This document shows, piece after piece, positions 58,122-64,000 of a DNA stretch of 64,000 bases (its first letter is position 1; every line of letters starts with the position of its first letter). This stretch comes from a virus (lineage: Duplodnaviria > Caudoviricetes): positions 1,073-65,072 of the IMG/VR virus record IMGVR_UViG_3300025759_000088, one strand, 5' to 3'. Under the pieces are notes generated by a model. It was not told where the DNA came from and searched no databases. It was given only the letters and a program-made list of their open reading frames with translations. A program made the translations under genes and the position numbers.

Positions 58122-58450
58122 CAGCTAATCTCCAACAACGACACAGTCACATCAGCGGCTGACGCTTGACTTGCCGTAATTCGCAAGATGTCACTCGCGT
58201 TCAAAACAATCTTCTGGTCACCCCCAACAGCCACCAAACTACTGCCCACCGGCACAATAGCCGACTTGACGATGTGTACGTTGTCGCCGTCGTTGTTGAT
58301 TAGCTGGACATTTACGGTGATGGAGACGGTCAGGATGTTGGCAATGTTCAGTCCGATAATGGTTGTTTCTGTCGAACTGGGGCATGTGTAAACATCTGCG
58401 TTAGCGGTGCCTACCGCCGTGTCTGTAAAGGTCTTAAAGTTATTAGGCAT
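58121..58450 (-). CDS. Small virion protein
   Basis: Beta-rich 109-aa ORF ending SLLEIS. Confidence 0.6.
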   Translation of the reverse strand: MPNNFKTFTDTAVGTANADVYTCPSSTETTIIGLNIANILTVSITVNVQLINNDGDNVHIVKSAIVPVGSSLVAVGGDQKIVLNASDILRITASQASAADVTVSLLEIS

Positions 58451-58454
58451 ATCG

Positions 58455-59231
58455 TTACCCCAGTGCTATCGCCATGACTACGCTTTGCCCAGCGGATTCA
58501 AAGTCGGTTGTGTTAGATGTGGCTGCGCTACCTAACCCCAGTGATGTTCTGGCTGTTGCGCCGCTCTCAGCTACAAAATTAGACCCATCACCCACAATAA
58601 AGTTACCGTTTGTAACCGCCAGCCCCGCCACGTCTTGTAGCTGTGCGTCCAACCTAGCGTTAGCCACTGTCCCGCTAGAAAGGTTGCTGGCGTTCAATGC
58701 CGTCAGATTACTACCATTCGCCGCCGGTAGTGTCGCGGGGAACCGCGCATCTGGAACTGTACCGGAGCCAAGATTGCTGGCGTTCAACGCAGTGAGGTTT
58801 ACACCACTAGCCGCTGGCAGCGTTGCGGGAAACCTAGCATCTGGGACCGTGCCAGAAGCAAGGTTGCTGGCATTGAGTGCAGTTAGGTTGCTACCGTTAG
58901 CCGCCACCACATTTCCAGAGGCATCAAGGAAAGACATCTTCTCCGCTGGCAACGTGCAGAAAATCGTCCTTGTACCGGAACTCCAGTTCACAGCAGCATC
59001 ACTGTTGCTCGACTGAAGCACCGTAGTTCTGGCTAGTGTGGTGCCTGACGCAGTGTAGGTTCCAATGCCGACCTCAAAGTCGGTTCCGTCAGAACAAGCG
59101 TAATATGTCGTGTTCCCATCGCCCACGCTGCCGAAAGTCTCAAAACCAGAAACAGCGCCTGCAAGCGTGTACGTTGCAGTGCCGGTGGTTGTGGTCGTTT
59201 CTTTTACGCGATCTCTGAGAACAAGTGCCAT
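58455..59231 (-). CDS. Tail fibre base protein with 29-aa internal repeats
   Basis: DRVKETTTTTGT start; NLTALNASNL.SGTV three times; ends MAIALG. Confidence 0.7.
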   Translation of the reverse strand: MALVLRDRVKETTTTTGTATYTLAGAVSGFETFGSVGDGNTTYYACSDGTDFEVGIGTYTASGTTLARTTVLQSSNSDAAVNWSSGTRTIFCTLPAEKMSFLDASGNVVAANGSNLTALNASNLASGTVPDARFPATLPAASGVNLTALNASNLGSGTVPDARFPATLPAANGSNLTALNASNLSSGTVANARLDAQLQDVAGLAVTNGNFIVGDGSNFVAESGATARTSLGLGSAATSNTTDFESAGQSVVMAIALG

Positions 59232-59232
59232 G

Positions 59233-59661
59233 TTACTTTAGCTCTATCGACAGGTTGCCTGCGTTAATGCGGAAGATATCGCCAGTGGCGATTGTCTTAC
59301 TTGCATCAAGTGCGCCAACGAACAGGATGTTTCCGCTACTAGCCGCGTCTACAACAAACGCATGTGTGATCGTGTTGTTTGTGCCGGTAGACGCCGGGAA
59401 CTCAATATTGGCCGCGTTTGTTGCGGTCTGAGCATCTGTTCCCACTGCGGGAACTGTCCAGCCGGAAGCCTGAACCTGCTGCCTAGCGTAAGATCCAAAC
59501 GTGGCCTCTGTTAGAGAGCCTGTTTCAATACTAGATACGGCGGTTGCAAGGCCGACATAAATGCTGTTGCCGGGGGTGGCAAAGCTCTCCGAGTTATTCT
59601 TGAACAAGAAATCAAGGATCGCATGTTCTAGATAATTGGTTGCTGCGTTTGACGTTGCCAT
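59233..59661 (-). CDS. Virion structural protein
   Basis: YLE..ILD..YVGL.T..YARQ..N...I.FP pattern. Confidence 0.65.
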   Translation of the reverse strand: MATSNAATNYLEHAILDFLFKNNSESFATPGNSIYVGLATAVSSIETGSLTEATFGSYARQQVQASGWTVPAVGTDAQTATNAANIEFPASTGTNNTITHAFVVDAASSGNILFVGALDASKTIATGDIFRINAGNLSIELK

Positions 59662-59673
59662 GTCTTCTACTCC

Positions 59674-60321
59674 TTATGTACGAGGCCGATCTGGCAGACC
59701 TCTGCGATACGCATCGCTGTTTTCTCTAGCTTCCGCCAGATCTTTAATCCTGGTCATTGCCTCGGTGAACTGTTTCTCATACATCTGAAGCATGTCCTGC
59801 TCACCTTTCATGTATATATACGCTTCAACCAAAGAACCGTAAAGCAGGGCGTTGGGAGCGTTGTCGCTCAACCACGTGGTTCCACTATCACTGCCAGCGG
59901 TCAGAGATGCCGGCCTGTAATAGTAGTGAAGCTCAACAGCGTAGTTGCTGTCAGGGGTTGGCGCCATAATGAAGTTATCTTTATCAAAAAACGCATAATA
60001 CTTTGGCGTTCCTGTCGTTGCCGGATTCGGATTGTATTCTTGGATGTAGTTCACATCTTTTTGAAGCAGGAACTCCTTCGAGCTACTGTTTGTGACAGAC
60101 AAAGAAAAAGATGAAAGATAGTCGCTCGGCACAGAAAGATACGGATCACCTTGTGTTAGCGCACTTGTCGCGTTCTTGCGAAAAATCTCAAGGTCAACCA
60201 GCTTGAAGATACGATCTTCGGCTGCGCGAATAAACACAGGTAGATTCGTCACGAAGGACGTTTCAGTGTTTTCGGTATAATCTTGGATGGCTGTTTTTAG
60301 CTGTGCGTATGTAAAAGCCAT
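59674..60321 (-). CDS. Adaptor-like virion protein
   Basis: GTPKYYA..APTPD..Y.VELHY..LLYGSLVEA. Confidence 0.6.
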   Translation of the reverse strand: MAFTYAQLKTAIQDYTENTETSFVTNLPVFIRAAEDRIFKLVDLEIFRKNATSALTQGDPYLSVPSDYLSSFSLSVTNSSSKEFLLQKDVNYIQEYNPNPATTGTPKYYAFFDKDNFIMAPTPDSNYAVELHYYYRPASLTAGSDSGTTWLSDNAPNALLYGSLVEAYIYMKGEQDMLQMYEKQFTEAMTRIKDLAEARENSDAYRRGLPDRPRT

Positions 60322-60743
60322 TAAGCGATCCTTACAATCGCGCTACTCGCGCCCGCTGTTGGAATGGTAATAGTAAAAGTAGATGAAGAAGAAGCTTGAT
60401 CGGCTCCAAAATCAAACACCGCAATCGCTTTGTCAGATGCACTGCTGTTATAAAGCAGTGCTCCTCGTGCCGTTATTGTAGAGTTAGCAAAACTAACGTC
60501 AGCAAAATCTATAAAAGCAGTTGTGCCGCTGGTGTTGATGGTTATGCTTGTGACGGTAGCACCGCCCGCGCTATAGCCTGTTCCGCTTACTTCGTTAGCT
60601 GTTGAGTATGCGGTTGTGGTCGCGTCGAGAGTGGCGCTGTTTGTGAACAGCGCCATCTTAAATGTGTGACTTGCAAAATTGTGGACGGCTTGAAGCAGTT
60701 CGCTTTTAAAAGACGTACACAGATAATTTCCAGTAAAAGCCAT
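60321..60743 (-). CDS. Virion structural protein
   Basis: CTSFK.ELL...H.F..FK.AL pattern. Confidence 0.65.
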   Translation of the reverse strand: MAFTGNYLCTSFKSELLQAVHNFASHTFKMALFTNSATLDATTTAYSTANEVSGTGYSAGGATVTSITINTSGTTAFIDFADVSFANSTITARGALLYNSSASDKAIAVFDFGADQASSSSTFTITIPTAGASSAIVRIA

Positions 60744-60751
60744 GTTTACTC

Positions 60752-61489
60752 CTATGGCGTGTTCGCTGTACCGCCCATGCCGCTGTGGTTTGTGCAGTAA
60801 TAATACAGAGTTGGAGTCCCCGAGGCTACCGTGATCTGTGTGTAAGCTCCCGAGCTACCCGGGGAACCGTTAGTAGATACACCTGTTGTATACTCGGAAC
60901 CCCCGGCGTGAGTGCCGTTGGCAGTTTCTGAAAACCGGAAGGGATGCCCCGAGTTGCTGTTGTCTGATTGATCGAACCTGTAGGTAGAACCCTCGCTTAA
61001 CGTAAGCGTCGGAGAAGCCCCCGACAAACCAGCAACATAATACTTATTGCCTGTTCCGTAAGAATTTGTTCCCGAAGCAACAGTAACTGTGTAGTTCGTA
61101 ACGATTCCAACTGAAACAGAATTTACGCCGCCAGTGGCGGAAACCCCGGTTATGGATACAGTAACAGTCCCTGATGGTGTTGTACCTGTTGTGACTACGT
61201 CTCCCACAAATCCATGCATGACTGCAACAGGAGACACTTCCAGCGTCCGTGAGTTAAACGTGGGAAATGTTATAGTGACTGAATGAATAATCGAGGGTGG
61301 TCGTGGATTGTGAAGAGCCTGCGGATCCGGCCCCACTCGAACGGGCTGTAGTTGAGGATGCTTCGTCTCATACTCATCAGGTCCGACTTTTAAACCATTC
61401 CACTCCGTAACCATTTCTCGAAGACGATACCGGAATCCGGATCTATCCGAATAGCCCCAGGCGTCTTTTCCTGAAGCGAACCGCGCCAT
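60752..61489 (-). CDS. Virion protein with cupredoxin-like domain (second homologue)
   Basis: Homologous to 76..876. Confidence 0.7.
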   Translation of the reverse strand: MARFASGKDAWGYSDRSGFRYRLREMVTEWNGLKVGPDEYETKHPQLQPVRVGPDPQALHNPRPPSIIHSVTITFPTFNSRTLEVSPVAVMHGFVGDVVTTGTTPSGTVTVSITGVSATGGVNSVSVGIVTNYTVTVASGTNSYGTGNKYYVAGLSGASPTLTLSEGSTYRFDQSDNSNSGHPFRFSETANGTHAGGSEYTTGVSTNGSPGSSGAYTQITVASGTPTLYYYCTNHSGMGGTANTP

Positions 61490-62157
61490 TAGTTCACCCT
61501 CAGATACTGAATGCTTGGCTGTAGCTTGAGAGCCACACGATCTTCATCTTCATCTGCGGCTCGTTGAAACTCTTCTTCGTAAACCACTTTCAAAAGCTGC
61601 ACACGTTCCGGCGCTTTCTTCATCGCAAGATAGTATGCAAGACCAGCGACCATACACGGCAGAAATCTAAACGGTGCATCCGTGGTGTTCACCAAAGCAT
61701 CAGCGTCTTGAATTCTTTGCACGTAATAATAAACTAAGCTGTCTGTCGAATTTTCAGGAGTCGGCCACAGTGTAACTTGTGGTGTTACTTGCCTGTTGTA
61801 GAAATACTGGCTGGGGCGTCCTGTCTGTGTTTTATTGGGCGTCGTCAAGTATTCGCTTCGAGACATGCGGTCAAGCTGGTAGTCCGTGCCGCTTCTTCGA
61901 ATCACAACCTCAAGTAGATCCGTGTACGCTGTGTCGAAGGTGTACGTAGCAGTTCCTGCGGTCAACGCCTGTGTTCCCTGCTGCACCGTCCACAGATTCA
62001 AGCCACGGTTAGCCCAGTCTGCAAACATAAGATTCAGAGACCTACGAGCCGTACGCGCATCATAACCGGTGCGAACCTCAAGACCGCACCGCTCATATGC
62101 TTCTTCGATAATCTCTGCTACATCGAGATCAAAATCTCTGGATCCGGAAGTTGCCAT
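61489..62157 (-). CDS. Head-tail adaptor / tail tubular-like protein (second homologue)
   Basis: Collinear 222-aa homologue of 876..1544. Confidence 0.65.
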   Translation of the reverse strand: MATSGSRDFDLDVAEIIEEAYERCGLEVRTGYDARTARRSLNLMFADWANRGLNLWTVQQGTQALTAGTATYTFDTAYTDLLEVVIRRSGTDYQLDRMSRSEYLTTPNKTQTGRPSQYFYNRQVTPQVTLWPTPENSTDSLVYYYVQRIQDADALVNTTDAPFRFLPCMVAGLAYYLAMKKAPERVQLLKVVYEEEFQRAADEDEDRVALKLQPSIQYLRVN

Positions 62158-62367
62158 CTATTTATTCTTCTTGTGTGTGCCGCCGTAACCAAAACCAGGA
62201 ACGCCGCGACCTTTTAGAATATCTTGCTTCGTGACCTTACCATCACCTGTTAGGTCGGGGAAGTTACCACCACCCATTTTAAAACGAGTGCGGCTAGGAG
62301 CCTTGTTGTTGCGAGTAGGCATTACCATCGCGCCGGCAGCGGCTTTTCGAGGAGAACAATGAGACAT
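62158..62367 (-). CDS. Small basic protein with DxxGDGK loop
   Basis: FKMGG and FPDLTGDGKVT..DIL motifs. Confidence 0.6.
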   Translation of the reverse strand: MSHCSPRKAAAGAMVMPTRNNKAPSRTRFKMGGGNFPDLTGDGKVTKQDILKGRGVPGFGYGGTHKKNK

Positions 62368-62645
62368 TATTTTTTCCTTCTCTTTAGTGATTTAACCCGT
62401 CGTGGCTTACCGGCAGGCTGTCCAATGCGTTTCTTTTGACTGATTCTACTACGCTTTTCAGCCGCTGTCATTTCTGACGATGTTTTAGGAGTCTTCGAAG
62501 AAACTCGTTTGGAAGGACGACAATAAGGAGTGCCACGCTTTTCACCCTTTTTTCTGCCACACGCCTTGCCAGTGCGTACATCTTTCCAATCCTCTTTAAA
62601 CCAGCGCTTTAACGCCAATCCTTTTTTGGTTTTTCGTACAGCCAT
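62367..62645 (-). CDS. Small Lys/Arg-rich protein
   Basis: LKRWFKEDW motif, related to 2280..2666. Confidence 0.65.
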   Translation of the reverse strand: MAVRKTKKGLALKRWFKEDWKDVRTGKACGRKKGEKRGTPYCRPSKRVSSKTPKTSSEMTAAEKRSRISQKKRIGQPAGKPRRVKSLKRRKK

Positions 62646-62646
62646 C

Positions 62647-63342
62647 TCAGTCTCTCGACTTCCGTATTTGTTCAAGACTCTCTTGTATTGTCATGTCTTT
62701 TTTTGCATTCGGATCATACTTGCACTGATATTCGTTTGGCACAAATTCTAGGTACTGAAAAAACTGAGACTCAATGGTATTGTTTGCGCCTCGGAATACG
62801 CAAACCATTTCTCTGTTATCCAGCTTTTCACACTTCACCTTACGACAAGTAACCATTTGATCAGCACTAGCTGAATGCGCTTTTAACAATAGTATAAAGG
62901 CCAATAAAGCCGAGACAGCAATTCCGGAAAACAAAATCCACGCTACGATCTCTACAAACTTACGTCGGCGTTCACGTTGACGGTACAACGTCTCCTTGCG
63001 CCTCTTTCTTATTTGGCCTTCCATTGCCACCAGTGAATCCCACTTGGACTTGCCCATAGTGAGGCTTATCCACTGCTGTAGCTCATAGCGCTGCTGCTGC
63101 GCTTTTTGCTTGTTAGCAAAAGTCGTTATGGCCTCTTGTTCGACGCTCTGGCCGCCGAACAGTTTTTTAAAAATTGGAGGGTTTTTTGCTTCTTTCTCCA
63201 TCTGATCAAGGTCAGATAAAGCGCCCATCCAGCGCGAAAGATCAGACGCCATTGCCTCAATATCACGACCAACAGCAAAGCCCTTCTTTAAAGCCGAGAA
63301 TGCCGCTGAAGCGGTTGCCATTGCTGATATAGGATCCATCAA
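62647..63342 (-). CDS. Single-pass membrane protein (homologue of 8956..9648)
   Basis: Near-identical N-terminal ~130 aa. Confidence 0.75.
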   Translation of the reverse strand: MMDPISAMATASAAFSALKKGFAVGRDIEAMASDLSRWMGALSDLDQMEKEAKNPPIFKKLFGGQSVEQEAITTFANKQKAQQQRYELQQWISLTMGKSKWDSLVAMEGQIRKRRKETLYRQRERRRKFVEIVAWILFSGIAVSALLAFILLLKAHSASADQMVTCRKVKCEKLDNREMVCVFRGANNTIESQFFQYLEFVPNEYQCKYDPNAKKDMTIQESLEQIRKSRD

Positions 63343-63527
63343 TAAACCTTCGTGTCTTCATCAACCAGCCGAGGCACACAGTAGGCGGTGATCTTCTGAC
63401 CTTGTTTGTGAAGCTGTCGAGCAAAGTACGTACACTCGTTAATATCTCGAAAGTACATGTCGTTACTTACCAGCTTCTTTTCTTCTCCCATCCCAACGAA
63501 CACAAACAATAAAAATGCATGGATCAT
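63339..63527 (-). CDS. Small hypothetical protein (homologue of 8414..8641)
   Basis: MI.AFLL..C.YFA..TAYCVPR. Confidence 0.65.
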   Translation of the reverse strand: MIHAFLLFVFVGMGEEKKLVSNDMYFRDINECTYFARQLHKQGQKITAYCVPRLVDEDTKVY

Positions 63528-63529
63528 CG

Positions 63530-63787
63530 CTAAGAGCAGCGTGTCTTCTTTCGCCGTCCGTTCATCACACCGCCGCAACCTCGAGCAACAACCTGATTGG
63601 CCTCTAGGTTTCCTCGGAAGGGGCGTTTGGCTTTTTGCTCGTGGATTCCGCCAGCGGCTTTTTTGGTCTTATTACCCCAGTTTGCGGCTCCGACCTTACG
63701 GCACTTGGCGATGGCCCCGCTTGCGTACGCCGACGGGAAAACCTTATATCTTGCCTTAACTTTGCGATAGCATGCATCTTTAGCCAT
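63530..63787 (-). CDS. Small basic protein (PSAYA motif)
   Basis: MAKDACY..FPSAYASG..ARGCG. Confidence 0.65.
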   Translation of the reverse strand: MAKDACYRKVKARYKVFPSAYASGAIAKCRKVGAANWGNKTKKAAGGIHEQKAKRPFRGNLEANQVVARGCGGVMNGRRKKTRCS

Positions 63788-63938
63788 TCCTTCGTTTCCT
63801 CTTACTGGCGCAATGTGCTTTTTCACTAAACCCTTTAGGACGCTTGCAATTCACTTTTGCCTTACGAGCCTTGGTCCATTTTTTCTTTTGTGGAGGCTTG
63901 GATATCTGCTGCCTCATCGAACCACGCGACATCGCCAT
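63780..63938 (-). CDS. Small basic protein
   Basis: MAMSRGSMRQQI..VNCKRPKGFSEKAHCA; not in the ORF track. Confidence 0.55.
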   Translation of the reverse strand: MAMSRGSMRQQISKPPQKKKWTKARKAKVNCKRPKGFSEKAHCASKRKRRNG

Positions 63939-64000
63939 TTCTTTGTCTCCGAACGTAATCTTCCCATAAAGGTGTCAACATCTTGTGGTTAGATTCAACC

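Noticed and set aside
1-64000. Identical direct terminal repeat / simple circular overlap
   Set aside because: The start and end modules differ throughout in nucleotide sequence and gene order
1-64000. Integrated prophage with host flanks, or alternative genetic code
   Set aside because: No integrase, att-like tRNA or host housekeeping genes; core genes are intact under the standard code

Overview
The window holds an essentially complete (~60.7 kb unit) tailed-phage genome with podovirus-like gene content, probably marine and probably infecting an alphaproteobacterium. The replication and capsid gene set resembles the HTVC023P/vSAG 37-F6-like group; this assignment is from recall, not a search. 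A minus-strand morphogenesis operon encodes TerL, portal, GroES, scaffold, major capsid, adaptors, a long tail-fibre array and internal virion proteins. There is also a replication module (family A DNA polymerase, UvrD-like helicase, primase, SNF2 helicase), a GH108 lysin, and a bidirectional accessory/early region at ~17.3-26.2 kb. I found no integrase, tRNA or CRISPR array. The most unusual signals cluster in the early region: (1) about eight copies of an 18-bp palindromic operator (TATGGGA-N4-TCCCATA), most overlapping sigma70-type promoters, plus an unannotated ribbon-helix-helix gene; (2) a promoter- and terminator-bounded sRNA complementary to an AACAAC-GGAGA leader shared by many early genes; (3) a perfect chromosomal-type parS site near a ParB/Srx-like gene; (4) anti-SD-bearing sRNA candidates next to polA. 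Also notable are a 1177-aa modular protein with an ART-like motif set between TerL and portal, a shared [FYM]xxGG motif in putative head-packaged proteins, a covarying 50-nt repeat in the tail array, and a pseudoknotted RNA after the capsid gene. The last 3.3 kb repeat the first genes of the window only as diverged homologues, so the contig may be a chimera or hetero-concatemer of two related phages. All family calls are by motif recognition without database searches.
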